Shown piece after piece: positions 11,041-21,612 of a stretch of 64,000 nucleotides of DNA. Source of the DNA: an uncultured Alphaproteobacteria bacterium. GTDB taxonomy: Bacteria > Pseudomonadota > Alphaproteobacteria > Rhizobiales > Aestuariivirgaceae. Where the stretch lies: contig CALMUW010000043.1 of assembly GCA_937872985.1 (NCBI GenBank), positions 1,945-65,944 on the forward strand, given 5' to 3'. A program made the translations under genes and the position numbers. Within the stretch, counting starts at the first letter, position 1, and each line of letters starts with the position of its first letter. Under the pieces are notes generated by a model that did no database searches, was not told the origin of the DNA, and worked only from the letters and a program-made list of their open reading frames with translations.

Positions 11041-12023
11041 GCGGCCTTCTCCGTGCCGGGGTGGCCCTGGGGCACGCCATTGACCAGCGGATAATGGCAC
11101 AGCGCGCCGTCCTTCAGCGGCGGCGGCGTGGTGCGGCAGAGATCGGTGGCGAAGGTGCAGCGCGGCGAGAAGAGACAGCCCGTGGGGCGGTCAAACTGGC
11201 CCGGCACCACGCCCGGAATGGAGGGCAGGCGCTTGGCCGTGGCGCGTTCCGGCAGGGCCGACAGCAAGGCTGCCGTATAGGGATGACGCGGATTGGCAAA
11301 GAGCGGCCCCACCCTCTGCTCCTCCACCTTTTGCCCGGCATATTGGACCGACACCCGTTCGGCGGTTTCGGCCACCACGCCCATGGAATGGGTGATGAGG
11401 ACCAGCGCCATGCCGTTATCCTTCTGCAATTTCAGCAGCAGTTCCAGAATCTGGGCCTGAATGGTGACATCGAGCGCGGTCGTGGGTTCGTCGGCGATGA
11501 GGAGCTTGGGGTTGCAGGCAATGGCGATGGCGATCATGACGCGCTGGTTCATGCCGCCTGACAATTGGTGCGGAAAGGCCGAAAGCCGGCTTTCGGCTCC
11601 GGGAATGCCCACCTGTTCCAGAAGCTCGATGGCGCGGGCCCGACGCTGGCCCTTGTCCATGGGCATGTGGGTCTTCAGCGCCTCGGTGATCTGATAGCCC
11701 ACGGTGAAGCAGGGATTGAGCGAGGACATGGGTTCCTGGAAGATCATGGCCAGGTCCTTGCCCACGATCCTGCGGCGCTCGGCCGCGCCCATGGTCAACA
11801 GGTTCTTGCCGTCGAATTCCAGCCGGTCGGCGGTGATCCTGGCGGTCCAGGGCAGAAGGCCCATGAGCGCCAGCATGGCGACCGACTTGCCGGAGCCGGA
11901 CTCGCCCACGATGGCCAGCACCTCATGCTTGTCCACGGAGAGGGAAACCCGGTCCACGGCGCGGAAGGCACCGGAGCCGGTGGAAAATTCCACCGTGAGG
12001 TTCTGGATGTCGAGCAGCGCCAT
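11037..12023 (-). CDS. dppD: Dipeptide ABC transporter ATP-binding protein
   Basis: Walker A GESGSGKS, signature [15 protein letters not shown], Walker [13 protein letters not shown]. 328 aa. Confidence 0.9.
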
Positions 12024-12028
12024 GGCGG

Positions 12029-12958
12029 TCAGCTCCGTTTCAGGCGCGGGTCAAGCGCGTCACGCAACCCGTCACCCATGAGGTTGATGGCGAGCACGGT
12101 CATGAGAATGGCCAGGCCGGGGAAGGCCATGACCCAAGGGTGCGACTGCATGAGGTCGCGCGTGTCGGCCAGCATGGCGCCCCATTCCGGCGTGGGCGGC
12201 TGGGCGCCAAGGCCGAGGAAGCCCAGGCCCGCCGCTTCGAGAATGGCGTCGGACACGCCGAGCGCCGACTGCACGATGAGAGGGGCGAGACAGTTGGGCA
12301 GCACGGTCGATGCCATCAGGCGGAAGGGCCGGACGCCGGCCACCTTGGCGGCGGTGACATAGTCCTTGGTGAGTTCGGCCAGTGCCGAGGCGCGCACCAG
12401 ACGGACATAGCGCGGCAGGTAAACGATGGTGACGGCGATGATGGTATTGGTGAGCGAGGGACCGATCATGGCGATGATGAGGATGGCCAGCACCAGCGAG
12501 GGGATGGCCATGATCAGATCCATGATGCGGATGATGATGACATCAATGATGCCGCTGAACCAGGCGGCGGCAAGGCCCAGGGTGATGCCCACCACCATGG
12601 AGACCGACATTACCGAAAGCCCGATGAAGAGCGAGATGCGCGCGCCATACATGAGGCGCGAGAGCATGTCGCGGCCCACCGCATCGGTGCCGAGCCAGAA
12701 GCGCGGATCAGACCCGTCGAGCCAGAAGGGCGGCAGCTTGGTCGCCCCCTTGAATTGCTCAAGCGGATCATGCGGCGCCAGCACCGGGGCCAGAAGGGCG
12801 ACGAGGATGATGAAGATGACGACCGCAAGGCCCAGGACCGCGCTGCGGTTTTCGCGGAAGCTGCGCCAGAAGGACAGCAACGGGCCGGGTGGGGCCGCAG
12901 GCCTGGTCACGATGGCGGTGTCAGTGGCCATGGCGGATCCTCGGATTGATGAGGCCAT
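12029..12958 (-). CDS. dppC: Dipeptide ABC transporter permease
   Basis: Multi-pass permease with a typical DppC/OppC core. The start is uncertain: ATG at 12958, or ATG at 12931 giving MATDTA.... Confidence 0.85.
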   Translation of the reverse strand: MASSIRGSAMATDTAIVTRPAAPPGPLLSFWRSFRENRSAVLGLAVVIFIILVALLAPVLAPHDPLEQFKGATKLPPFWLDGSDPRFWLGTDAVGRDMLSRLMYGARISLFIGLSVMSVSMVVGITLGLAAAWFSGIIDVIIIRIMDLIMAIPSLVLAILIIAMIGPSLTNTIIAVTIVYLPRYVRLVRASALAELTKDYVTAAKVAGVRPFRLMASTVLPNCLAPLIVQSALGVSDAILEAAGLGFLGLGAQPPTPEWGAMLADTRDLMQSHPWVMAFPGLAILMTVLAINLMGDGLRDALDPRLKRS

Positions 12959-13934
12959 AGGTCAGGTCCACCAGCAGGTTGACCAGGATGACGGCGGCCG
13001 AGATCAGCATGATGCCGCCCTGCAGGGCCGGATAGTCGCGGCGGGAGATGGACTCGATCAGCCACTTGCCCACGCCGGGCCAGGAGAAGATGGTCTCGGT
13101 GAGGACGGCGCCCGCCAGCAGGGTTCCGACCTGAAGACCGATGGAGGTGATGACCGGGATCAGGGCATTGCGCAGGGCATGGACGCCGATGACGCGCCAG
13201 TTGGCCAGGCCCTTGGCGCGGGCGGTGCGGACATAGTCTTCCTCCAGCACCTCGAGCATGGACGAGCGGGTCATGCGGGCGATGACGGCGAGCGGCACGG
13301 TGCCGAGCACGATGGTGGGCAGGATCAGATGGCGGAGGGCATCGCCGAAGGCCCCCTTCTGGCCGGAAAGCAGGGAATCGATGAGGGCGAAGCCGGTGAC
13401 CGGCTGGTAGTAATATTTGATGAGATCGACGCGGCCCGACACGGGCGTGAGATGGAGCGTGTTGGACATGACCAGAATGAGGATGAGGCCCCACCAGAAA
13501 ATCGGCATGGAATAGCCGGTAAGGGCCGCGCCCATGAGCGCCTGGTCATAGAACTTGCCGCGGCGCACGGCGGCGAAGACGCCGGCCGGCACGCCGACCA
13601 GCGTGGCCAGCAGCATGGCGCACAGGGTCAGTTCCAGCGTGGCCGGAAAGAGGGTGAAGAATTCATGGAGCACGGGGCTGCGCGAGATGATGGAGGTGCC
13701 GAAGTCGCCGTGCAGGATGCCCCAGACATAATCCCAGAACTGTTTCAGCACCGGCTGGTCGAGGCCCATTTCATGGCGCAACTGCGCCAGACGTTCCGGG
13801 GAAATGCCGCGTTCGCCGCGCCTGACCTCAATGGGATCGCCCGGCACCAGCCGGATCATCATGAAGGTGACGAACATCAGGGCGAAGAAAGTGGGGATGG
13901 TGAGCGCCAGGCGCTTCAGAAAGAATTTGATCAT
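12921..13934 (-). CDS. dppB: Dipeptide ABC transporter permease
   Basis: Trimmed to the ATG at 13934. MIKFFLKRLALTIPTFF... is the canonical DppB/OppB N-terminus. 337 aa. Confidence 0.9.
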   Translation of the reverse strand: MIKFFLKRLALTIPTFFALMFVTFMMIRLVPGDPIEVRRGERGISPERLAQLRHEMGLDQPVLKQFWDYVWGILHGDFGTSIISRSPVLHEFFTLFPATLELTLCAMLLATLVGVPAGVFAAVRRGKFYDQALMGAALTGYSMPIFWWGLILILVMSNTLHLTPVSGRVDLIKYYYQPVTGFALIDSLLSGQKGAFGDALRHLILPTIVLGTVPLAVIARMTRSSMLEVLEEDYVRTARAKGLANWRVIGVHALRNALIPVITSIGLQVGTLLAGAVLTETIFSWPGVGKWLIESISRRDYPALQGGIMLISAAVILVNLLVDLTYGLINPRIRHGH

Positions 13935-14083
13935 GCCGCCACCCGCCCGAAATGTCGTGGGCGGCCAGGGCGCGCGCGTGTGCTGCAAGGATGGCGGAGG
14001 AGCATGGCCGTCACGGATTACCGGTCACAAACAGACATGAAAACGGGGCGGACCCGAAGGCCCGCCCCATGTCTTTGGCATGA

Positions 14084-15682
14084 TTATTCCTTGATGTCCA
14101 CGTCCTGGAACTCGTGGGCGCCAAGCGGGCTGATCTTGTAGCCCGAGACTTCCTTGCGCACCGGTTCGAAGACGGTGGAGTGCGCGATGTTCAGCCACGG
14201 CAACTGGTCGTGGTGAATCTTCTGCATCTCCTTGTAGATGGCGGCGCGTTCATCCTGGTTGGTCAGCGCCCGGGCCTTCATCATGTCGGCATTGAAGGTG
14301 GCGTCGCACCACTTGGACAGGTTCTGGCCGGCGGGCTTGCCGTCCTTGTCGCAACCGGCGAGGAAGAAGAAGTTGTCAGGATCGCCGTTGTCGCCGGTCC
14401 AGCCGAGAAGCCCGAGCTGGTGTTCGCCCGCCTGCAGGCGCTTGCGGTATTCACCCCACTCGTAGGACACGAGCTTGGCGTTGAGGCCGACCTTGGCCAG
14501 ATCCGCCTGCATCATTTCCGCCATGCGCTTGGCATTGGGGTTGTAGGGACGCTGCACCGGCATCCACCACAGATCGGTTTCGAGGGTCTCGACACCGTTC
14601 TTCTTCAGCAGCTCCTTAGCCTTTTCGGGGTTGTATTCCCAGTCCACCGTCGCGTCATCATAGGACCAGATGGTCGGCGGGATGGGGTTCTTGGCCTTCT
14701 GGCCGGCGCCCTGATAGACTTCCTTCAGGATGGCATCGCGGTCGATGGCCATGGCGATGGCCTGGCGCACTTCCACCTTGTCGAAGGGCGGCTTGGTCAC
14801 GTTCATGGACAGGTAGCCGATGTTCAGGCCGGCCTGCGACATGAGGTTGATGTCGGCGTCCTTGCCCATGGCTTCGAGGTCGGCCGGGTTCGGCGCGATC
14901 ATCACCTGGCATTCGTTGGCCTTCATCTTGGCATAGCGCGCGGTCGGATCCGGCGTGATGGCATAGACGAGATCATCAACCTTGGGCTTGCCGGCCCAGC
15001 CTTCGAAGGCCTTGTAGCGGATGACCGCGTCCTTCTGATAATCGACGAAGGAGAAGGAGCCGGTGCCGACCGGCATCTGATCGAACTGCTCGGGCGTGCC
15101 CTTCTTCAGCAGGTAGTCGGCATATTCGGCCGAGTGGATGGTGGCGAAGTCCATGGCCAGGTTGGCCATGATCGGCGCATTGGGTTCCTTGAGCTTCATG
15201 ACGACGGTGAGGTCATCGGCGCCCTTCTCGATGGAGACGAGAGAGTCGGGCATGCCCATGTCGTTGAAGTAGTCATAGGCGCCGCCGGAAACCTTGGCAT
15301 AGGGATGGTCCGGCTTCCACTGGCGATTGAAGGACCAGATCACGTCTTCGGCGGTGAGGTCGCGGGTCGGCGTGAAGCCGTTGACGCCGGAGTGGAACTT
15401 CACGCCCTTGCGCAGGTGGAAGGTGATGGTCATGCCATCAGCGGAGATCTCGTAGCTCTCGGCCAGGGCGGGCTTCACCGTGGTGGTGCCGGGATCGAAC
15501 TGCACCAGCTTGTTATAGACCGGGCGCGCGGCATCAAGGCTGGTGCCGGTGGTGTTCATGGCGGGGGTAAAGTTTTCAGGCGACCCTTCCGAGCAATAGA
15601 CGAGGGTCTTGGCATTGGCCGCGCCGGCGGCCAGCATCGTGGATACGAGCAGGCTGGCACCCAGCAGCTTGACGAATTTCAT
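14084..15682 (-). CDS. dppA: Periplasmic dipeptide-binding protein
   Basis: Signal peptide, then KTLVYCSEGSPENFTP...FHLRKGVKFH, which closely recalls E. coli DppA. First gene of the dppABCDF operon. Confidence 0.9.
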   Translation of the reverse strand: MKFVKLLGASLLVSTMLAAGAANAKTLVYCSEGSPENFTPAMNTTGTSLDAARPVYNKLVQFDPGTTTVKPALAESYEISADGMTITFHLRKGVKFHSGVNGFTPTRDLTAEDVIWSFNRQWKPDHPYAKVSGGAYDYFNDMGMPDSLVSIEKGADDLTVVMKLKEPNAPIMANLAMDFATIHSAEYADYLLKKGTPEQFDQMPVGTGSFSFVDYQKDAVIRYKAFEGWAGKPKVDDLVYAITPDPTARYAKMKANECQVMIAPNPADLEAMGKDADINLMSQAGLNIGYLSMNVTKPPFDKVEVRQAIAMAIDRDAILKEVYQGAGQKAKNPIPPTIWSYDDATVDWEYNPEKAKELLKKNGVETLETDLWWMPVQRPYNPNAKRMAEMMQADLAKVGLNAKLVSYEWGEYRKRLQAGEHQLGLLGWTGDNGDPDNFFFLAGCDKDGKPAGQNLSKWCDATFNADMMKARALTNQDERAAIYKEMQKIHHDQLPWLNIAHSTVFEPVRKEVSGYKISPLGAHEFQDVDIKE

Positions 15683-15810
15683 GAAAGTCTCCCTGTGTTA
15701 TACACGCAAGCGGGCCCTTCGGGCCGCTTGGTGCGGCACTTAAGCATGGTTTTTCGGAGAGGGCAAAACCTCCCGATGCCGCAGCGCAACAATTTCGCCG
15801 CCCGGATTGC

Positions 15811-16311
15811 TCAGGCGTTCATGCGGGCAGCAGCGCGGGCCTGAAGCTCGGCCACCTTCTTGCGCGGCACGCCGGCCTGGTCGGCGATCTCGAAGATCAG
15901 CTGTTCCTCGTTGTCGTGCAGTTCCTTGTCACAGAGCGCGATCTCCCACAGGGCGCCCACCATGGCGCAGCGATCGTCGATGGACAAAAAATCAGGCATG
16001 CGTCCGGCCAGCCGCTTGGCCGTATCGGGTGCTGTTGCGGGGCTCGACACCAGGGCGGCGGCGCGTTCCAGCGCCTTGGCCTGCATGTGATATTTTTCGG
16101 CGAGATGGTGAAGCAGATTTTTCATCTCGACCTCGCGCACCCGGCCATCGGCAGGCACGATGGCTGCGAGAATCAGGGCAAAGAGATATTTGCGCTGTTC
16201 GATGGAAAGCGTGGCAAAACTGGCAGGTGAGGTGGCTTTGGTGATGATGGCTTGCAACTGGCTTTCAAAAAATGCGGTGTCGGCGGTTTCCCGCTTCTCG
16301 TCCTGCGCCAT
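15811..16311 (-). CDS. TerB-like (tellurite-resistance/DjlA N-terminal domain family) protein
   Basis: Only the last 166 codons of the 707-aa tracked ORF, from the ATG at 16311, look coding (MAQDEKRETADTAFF...DGRVREVEMKNLLHHL...EEQLIFEIADQAGV). The rest is antisense to lnt. Confidence 0.5.
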   Translation of the reverse strand: MAQDEKRETADTAFFESQLQAIITKATSPASFATLSIEQRKYLFALILAAIVPADGRVREVEMKNLLHHLAEKYHMQAKALERAAALVSSPATAPDTAKRLAGRMPDFLSIDDRCAMVGALWEIALCDKELHDNEEQLIFEIADQAGVPRKKVAELQARAAARMNA

Positions 16312-16407
16312 TTCATCTTCCCCGGTCTTTCGTCTACAACCGGCAAGATGGCGTGAGTTGTCCAAAAGTGCAAGGGCGCGCTGTGGTAGTGAGGACATGA
16401 CGGGCGC

Positions 16408-17931
16408 ATGACGGCGGACCAGACGGCCAGATGGAAGCAGCGACTGCTGCTGGTGGGGGCAGGCGTGTCGGGCGCATTGGCCCTGCCGCCCATCGGCCTG
16501 TGGCCGCTGCTGTTGGTGGCGGTGCCTCTGGTTCTGCATCAGCTCGAGCGGGTGCCGGGCGGGCGGCAGGCCTTTGGCGCGGGTTTCCTCGTGGGGCTTG
16601 GCTATTTCGTGGTCGCCCTGCACTGGATCGGTGTGGCCTTTCTGGTCGATGCGGCGACCTATCTCTGGATGATGCCCTTCGCCGTGGGCGGGCTTGCCGC
16701 CTTCATGGCGCTCTACTGGGGCCTGGCGGCGCTTGTCGCCTGGGGGCTCATTCGGCGCGGGGTGAGCCTGGCCCTCGGCTTTCCCGCCGTGCTGGCGGCG
16801 GCTGAGTGGCTGCGCGGCCATCTGCTCACGGGCTTTCCCTGGGCGGCGCCGGGGCTGGCCGCCACCGGCATGGGCGGGGTTCTGCAACTGGCGGCGCTCA
16901 TCGGCATGACCGGGCTTTCCCTGCTCATCATGCTGTGGGCGGCCATGCCCTTCGCCCTGTGGCGTGGCGGGCGGGAGCGGTGGCTGGCGCTGGCCGTGCT
17001 GGCGCTCATGCCGCTCGCGCATGTCTGGGGCCAGTATCGTCTGGCGAGCCATCCCACCGCGCTGGTGCCGGGAGTGACCTTGCGGCTGGTGCAGCCCAAT
17101 ATCGCCCAGGATGACAAGTGGCGGGCGGAAAATACCCGCGTCATCTTCGACACGCTGAAGGAGCTGAGTTTCCGGCCGGCACAAGGAGCCCCCGTCACTC
17201 ATATCATCTGGCCGGAATCGGCGGTGTCCTTCTTCATCGATGAAAGCGCCGAGGCCCGGAAGGAACTGGCGGAGGGTCTCAAGGGCGAGACGGTCCTGCT
17301 CACCGGGGCCTTGCGGCGCGATGTGAGACCTGATGGCAGCGAGAGCCTCTTCACCAGTCTCATTGTCTTTGACGGCACGGCCCGGCCCGTTGACCATTAT
17401 GACAAGTGGCGTCTGGTGCCCGGGGGGGAGTTCCTCCCCTTCGAGAGCATTCTCAAGCCCCTGGGGTTCCGCCGGGTGGTGACCGTGCCAGAAAGCTTCG
17501 AGGCTGGGCCGGGGCCGGTGAGTCTGGCCATTCCCGGTGCGGGCAAGACCGCCCCCCTCATCTGTTACGAGGTGATCTTCCCCCATCGGCTGGTGGACCC
17601 AAAGAATCGGCCGCAGTGGCTGCTCAACATCACCAACGACGGCTGGTTTGGCCGCTCCGCCGGCCCGGGGCAGCACTTTGCTCAGGCGCGCCTGCGGGCG
17701 GTGGAACAGGGTCTGCCGCTGGCAAGGGCCGCAAATACCGGGATTTCGGGGGTCATTGATCCCCTGGGGCGGGTTCTGGCACGGTCGGAACTCGAAGATC
17801 GGACAACACTCGATGTGCCGCTGCCGCTGCCGCTGCCTGCTACAGCCTATGCACGTTATGGTGACGGCCTCCTGGCCGGGCTCATTGCGGGAGTTGTGCT
17901 GATCGGCTGGAGATGGCGTAAATCCCTGTGA
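16408..17931 (+). CDS. lnt: Apolipoprotein N-acyltransferase
   Basis: 507 aa. N-terminal multi-TM region plus a C-terminal CN-hydrolase domain (VQPNIAQDDKW, ICYEVIFP). Sits in the conserved lnt-XRE-metK synteny. Confidence 0.9.
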   Translation: MTADQTARWKQRLLLVGAGVSGALALPPIGLWPLLLVAVPLVLHQLERVPGGRQAFGAGFLVGLGYFVVALHWIGVAFLVDAATYLWMMPFAVGGLAAFMALYWGLAALVAWGLIRRGVSLALGFPAVLAAAEWLRGHLLTGFPWAAPGLAATGMGGVLQLAALIGMTGLSLLIMLWAAMPFALWRGGRERWLALAVLALMPLAHVWGQYRLASHPTALVPGVTLRLVQPNIAQDDKWRAENTRVIFDTLKELSFRPAQGAPVTHIIWPESAVSFFIDESAEARKELAEGLKGETVLLTGALRRDVRPDGSESLFTSLIVFDGTARPVDHYDKWRLVPGGEFLPFESILKPLGFRRVVTVPESFEAGPGPVSLAIPGAGKTAPLICYEVIFPHRLVDPKNRPQWLLNITNDGWFGRSAGPGQHFAQARLRAVEQGLPLARAANTGISGVIDPLGRVLARSELEDRTTLDVPLPLPLPATAYARYGDGLLAGLIAGVVLIGWRWRKSL

Positions 17932-18080
17932 CATTTACCCTTTTGCATGGTGCGGCATTGCGCGCCGGGGTAAAACAATCTAATGCTCGCCCGGTTCGAC
18001 GGATTTTGGACGGCCCGTTTGGGCAGAAGCTATTGGGCGCGCAGGCAACAATCAGATCGGGGGCAGACGGTCTGAGGAAT

Positions 18081-18482
18081 ATGACGAAGAGAGATCCAAA
18101 CTATATTGACGTGCATGTGGGGTCCCGGATCCGCATGCGCCGCCAGATCATCAATATGAGCCAAGAGCGTCTGGGCGAACTGCTGGGCATTACCTTCCAG
18201 CAGGTGCAGAAATATGAGAAGGGCTCCAACCGCATCAGCGCCAGCCGGCTTTATTACACGGCCAAGACCCTGGGTGTGCCGGTGCAGTTCTTCTTCGAGG
18301 ATCTGCCCGGCGGCGAAGACCAGGGCGGCCTGCGCGAAGGCGGCGATCAGGACAACTTCATGTCGTCGCTGATGACGGCGGAAGGCATCCAGCTCGCCAA
18401 GGCCTTCCGTGACGCCGACAATACCACCAAACGCAAGCTCATTGCCTCGCTGGCCCGCATCATCGTGGACATGAAGGACTGA
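18081..18482 (+). CDS. XRE-family helix-turn-helix transcriptional regulator
   Basis: Trimmed to the ATG at 18081 ([21 protein letters not shown]...). [31 protein letters not shown]. Confidence 0.8.
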   Translation: MTKRDPNYIDVHVGSRIRMRRQIINMSQERLGELLGITFQQVQKYEKGSNRISASRLYYTAKTLGVPVQFFFEDLPGGEDQGGLREGGDQDNFMSSLMTAEGIQLAKAFRDADNTTKRKLIASLARIIVDMKD

Positions 18483-18504
18483 CCAGCATCGCCGCACAGC
18501 CATG

Positions 18505-18531
18505 GGCCACCCTTGCCGGGTGGCCCTTTTG
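18505..18531 (+). terminator. Rho-independent terminator after the XRE gene
   Basis: GGGCCACCC-ttgcc-GGGTGGCCC followed by TTTT. Confidence 0.8.
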
Positions 18532-18645
18532 TGTGGCGGCGCTGCGGCCATGCGCCGCCACGATACGGCGCTTTTTCCACCTTCCCAACGTATAAAGAAT
18601 TCCTTATACGCTTCCTCCGACAACCTTTCAGCAGTGGGGCGTATT

Positions 18646-19836
18646 GTGCGCGGCAGTTACCATTTTACCAGTGAATCGGTTTCCGAAGGCCATCCCGACA
18701 AGGTGTGCGACCGGATTTCGGACGAGATCGTCGACCTGTTTTATCGGCGCGCCGCGGAAGAAGGCATGGACCCGGCGCTGGTGCGGGTGGCTTGCGAAAC
18801 GCTGGCCACCACCAACAAGGTGATCATCGCCGGCGAAAAGCGCGGGCCATCCTCCATCACCGACGCCGACATCATCGCGGCGGCGCGCCGGGCCATCAAG
18901 GACATCGGCTACGAACAGCAGGGCTTCGACTGGCGCACGGCCGAGGTGGTGAACCTGCTGCATTCTCAGTCGGTGGACATTGCCCAGGGCGTCGATTCTT
19001 CCGAAAAGAAGGAAGAAGGGGCGGGTGATCAGGGCATCATGTTCGGCCATGCCTGCGACGAAACACCGGAACTCATGCCGGCGCCGATCTATTATGCTCA
19101 CCGCATTCTTCAACTCCTGGCGGAGGCGCGCCATTCCGGCAAGGAGAAGGTGCTCGGGCCCGACGCCAAGTCGCAGGTGACGGTGCGCTACAGGAACGGC
19201 AAGCCGGTGGCCGCCGCCGAGATCGTGGTGTCGCACCAGCATATTGATGAAAGCCTCACCTCCGAGGACATGAAGAAACTGGTGATGCCCTATGTGAAGA
19301 AGGCTCTGCCCAAGGGCTGGATCAGCAAGGACACGGTGTGGCATGTGAATCCCACCGGCAAGTTCTTCATCGGCGGGCCGGACGGCGATTGTGGCCTCAC
19401 GGGGCGCAAGATCATCGTGGACACCTATGGCGGCGCGGCTCCCCACGGCGGCGGCGCCTTCTCCGGCAAGGATCCCACCAAGGTGGACCGTTCGGCGGCC
19501 TATGCGGCGCGCTATCTCGCCAAGAACATCGTGGCGGCGGGCCTGGCCAGGAAATGCACCATCCAGCTGTCCTATGCCATTGGCGTGGCCCGGCCGCTCT
19601 CCATCTATGTGAACACTCACGGCACCGGCAAGGTGGCCGAGGCCAAGCTGGAAAAGGCAGCGGCTAACCTCATGGACCTGAGCCCGCGCGGCATCCGCAC
19701 CCACCTGAAGCTCAACCGGCCCATCTATGCCCGCACCTCGTCCTATGGCCACTTCGGCCGCAAGCCCGACAAGGACGGCGGCTTCTCCTGGGAAAAGACC
19801 GATCTGGTGAAGGCCCTCAAGGCGGCGGTGAAGTGA
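18646..19836 (+). CDS. metK: S-adenosylmethionine synthetase
   Basis: [34 protein letters not shown] and GGGAFSGKD motifs. The tracked ATG at 18502 lies inside the upstream terminator. The GTG at 18646 gives an (M)[12 protein letters not shown]-terminus like other alphaproteobacterial MetK proteins. The GTG at 18634 is an alternative. Confidence 0.9.
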   Translation: MRGSYHFTSESVSEGHPDKVCDRISDEIVDLFYRRAAEEGMDPALVRVACETLATTNKVIIAGEKRGPSSITDADIIAAARRAIKDIGYEQQGFDWRTAEVVNLLHSQSVDIAQGVDSSEKKEEGAGDQGIMFGHACDETPELMPAPIYYAHRILQLLAEARHSGKEKVLGPDAKSQVTVRYRNGKPVAAAEIVVSHQHIDESLTSEDMKKLVMPYVKKALPKGWISKDTVWHVNPTGKFFIGGPDGDCGLTGRKIIVDTYGGAAPHGGGAFSGKDPTKVDRSAAYAARYLAKNIVAAGLARKCTIQLSYAIGVARPLSIYVNTHGTGKVAEAKLEKAAANLMDLSPRGIRTHLKLNRPIYARTSSYGHFGRKPDKDGGFSWEKTDLVKALKAAVK

Positions 19837-20483
19837 CGGGCGCGGCACCGCGCTTTCAATTCTATGGACGGCGCAAGGGGAAAGCCTTGCGCCGTCATCA
19901 TTTGGCGCTGACCGAAGGGCTGCTGCCCGGCCTGCGCATTGATTGTGCCGCGCCGCTGAATGGAACAGGGGCGGCACGCTGGCTGGAGATCGGCTTCGGC
20001 GGCGGCGAACATCTGGCCCATCAGGCGGCACTTCACCCCGATGTGACACTGCTGGGGGCCGAGGCCTTTGTGAACGGCGTGGCCAAGCTTCTGGCCGAGG
20101 TGGAAAAACGGGGGCTTGGCAATGTGCGCATCCATGACGGCGATGCCCGCGATCTGCTCCGCGCCCTGCCGGACCAATGCCTGGAACGGATCTATCTGCT
20201 TTATCCCGACCCCTGGCCCAAGGCGCGCCACAACAAGCGGCGTTTTGTCAACGCGGAAAACCTGTCCCAGATTGCGCGGGTCCTGAAACCCGGCGGGCTC
20301 TTCCTCTTTGCCAGCGACATTCCCGACTATGTGGACTGGACGCTGGCTCATGTGGCGGAGGCATCCGTCTTCCGGCTTCTGTCCAATGTCGCGGACCCCT
20401 TCGAAAACTGGGTTGAAACCCGCTATGAGGCCAAGGCCCGGCGCGAGGGCCGGGGGTCTAATTACCTCAAATACATCAAATAG
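19833..20483 (+). CDS. trmB: tRNA (guanine46-N7)-methyltransferase
   Basis: 216 aa. GTGA overlap with the metK stop. [13 protein letters not shown]-binding motif and LYPDPWPK motif. Confidence 0.85.
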   Translation: MTGAAPRFQFYGRRKGKALRRHHLALTEGLLPGLRIDCAAPLNGTGAARWLEIGFGGGEHLAHQAALHPDVTLLGAEAFVNGVAKLLAEVEKRGLGNVRIHDGDARDLLRALPDQCLERIYLLYPDPWPKARHNKRRFVNAENLSQIARVLKPGGLFLFASDIPDYVDWTLAHVAEASVFRLLSNVADPFENWVETRYEAKARREGRGSNYLKYIK

Positions 20484-20559
20484 TGATTTTACTGCACAAA
20501 GTATTTGCATTAAATTGCGGACTGCGGCAAAGGGGTGCCGTGTGCACGGGAGACTTGGT

Positions 20560-21204
20560 ATGAAGCCCTCAAAGACAGTCGTTACAAGCCTGAAAGAAGC
20601 CATTGAAAACATTGAGGCTTATCAACGTGACGTTGTTGTTGCTGAAGGGTTGCAGTCGCGAATTGGACAGCACCCCGCGTGGTATGCCTATGAGCGTGAT
20701 GGCACGTGGCGGTTCGGCCCGTCGAAGTTCGTTGGTTACGCCCGCAACAGCGCGGATGCTTACCTGGCGGAATACGACCGCCGGGACGGGCGAGAGACTG
20801 AGCCTGCGCTGCGCCCGTTCTTTCAACCAGTGAGCGAGGGTAGCGCACTGGAGAGCGAACTGCGGGAGCAATTCCGACGCTTCGCGGCTCAGTTTGGAAA
20901 GATGCCAAACAAAAATTGGCGTGTGGCTATTGCCAGTCATGAGCCGGTTGCCAAGCAACAAGTCCAAAATTCAACATTGCCGCGCGCGCAAAACCGGGTC
21001 GTCAGCATGCCGGGCGTTGCTGGCGGGCGGCCGGTCATTCGTGGCACGCGTGTCCGCGTCTCAGACGTTGTGGCCATGATCGCCGATGGTGCGACGGCAG
21101 CAGAGATTATTGAGGACTTTCCATACATCACGGCAGAGGACGTTGCGGCCTGTCTGCGCTATGCGGCTCGCGCCGCTGACCACACCGTTATCCGTGCGGC
21201 GTGA
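20560..21204 (+). CDS. DUF433-domain (antitoxin-like) protein with a ~140-aa N-terminal extension
   Basis: Trimmed to the ATG at 20560 (MKPSKTVV...). The C-terminus GGRPVIRGTRVRVSDVVAMIADGATAAEIIEDFPYITAEDVAACLRYA is a typical DUF433 module. The tracked upstream part overlaps trmB. Confidence 0.65.
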   Translation: MKPSKTVVTSLKEAIENIEAYQRDVVVAEGLQSRIGQHPAWYAYERDGTWRFGPSKFVGYARNSADAYLAEYDRRDGRETEPALRPFFQPVSEGSALESELREQFRRFAAQFGKMPNKNWRVAIASHEPVAKQQVQNSTLPRAQNRVVSMPGVAGGRPVIRGTRVRVSDVVAMIADGATAAEIIEDFPYITAEDVAACLRYAARAADHTVIRAA

Positions 21205-21536
21205 TGACAAACTTTTTGGTGGATGAGCAACTGCCGCCCGGCTTGGCAAATTGGCTGCGCGCACAAGGTCACAAGGCTTGGCATGTGCACGATCTGTCAC
21301 TCGGTGGTGCGAGCGATACCGATGTCGCGGCAGAAGCAACCTTGCGAGAAGCCGTGATTGTGACCAAAGACCAGGATTTCGTAGACCGAGCAAATCTCGG
21401 CACGTTGCATGTCCAGGTCATCTGGGTGCGGATCGGCAATGTGACCAACGTCGGCCTGCGCAAACATCTGTTGCCGTTGTGGCCGCAGGTGATGCGGGCC
21501 ATCGAAGACAGGGTGGCAGTTGTCGAGGTCGGCTGA
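21201..21536 (+). CDS. DUF5615-like PIN/Mut7-C-type putative toxin
   Basis: 111 aa, overlapping the stop of the DUF433 gene (GTGATG). N-terminal FLVDEQLP and VIVTKDQDF motifs resemble the small PIN-like partners of DUF433 proteins. Confidence 0.6.
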   Translation: MMTNFLVDEQLPPGLANWLRAQGHKAWHVHDLSLGGASDTDVAAEATLREAVIVTKDQDFVDRANLGTLHVQVIWVRIGNVTNVGLRKHLLPLWPQVMRAIEDRVAVVEVG

Positions 21537-21612
21537 GGCCCTTGCCAAGCGGGCGGTGGGGGCCTATATCACCCCCATCATTCACTCACATAGCCCGAAA
21601 GGGAAAATGAGA

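Noticed and set aside
12426-15844. Plus-strand ORFs of 571 and 576 aa across dppC, dppB and dppA
   Set aside because: They are antisense to the well-supported dpp genes.
16312-17934. Upstream 540 codons of the 707-aa minus-strand ORF 15811-17934
   Set aside because: This part is antisense to lnt and has a Pro/Arg/Gly/His/Gln-rich composition. Only the last 166 codons, from the ATG at 16311, look like a real TerB-like protein.
18502-18645. ATG at 18502 as the metK start
   Set aside because: This extension would translate through the rho-independent terminator (18505-18531) and the structured leader. MetK homology begins at about 18646.
20308-20559. Upstream extension of the DUF433 ORF
   Set aside because: It overlaps the 3' end of trmB in another frame. 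A plausible ATG at 20560 follows the AT-rich spacer.
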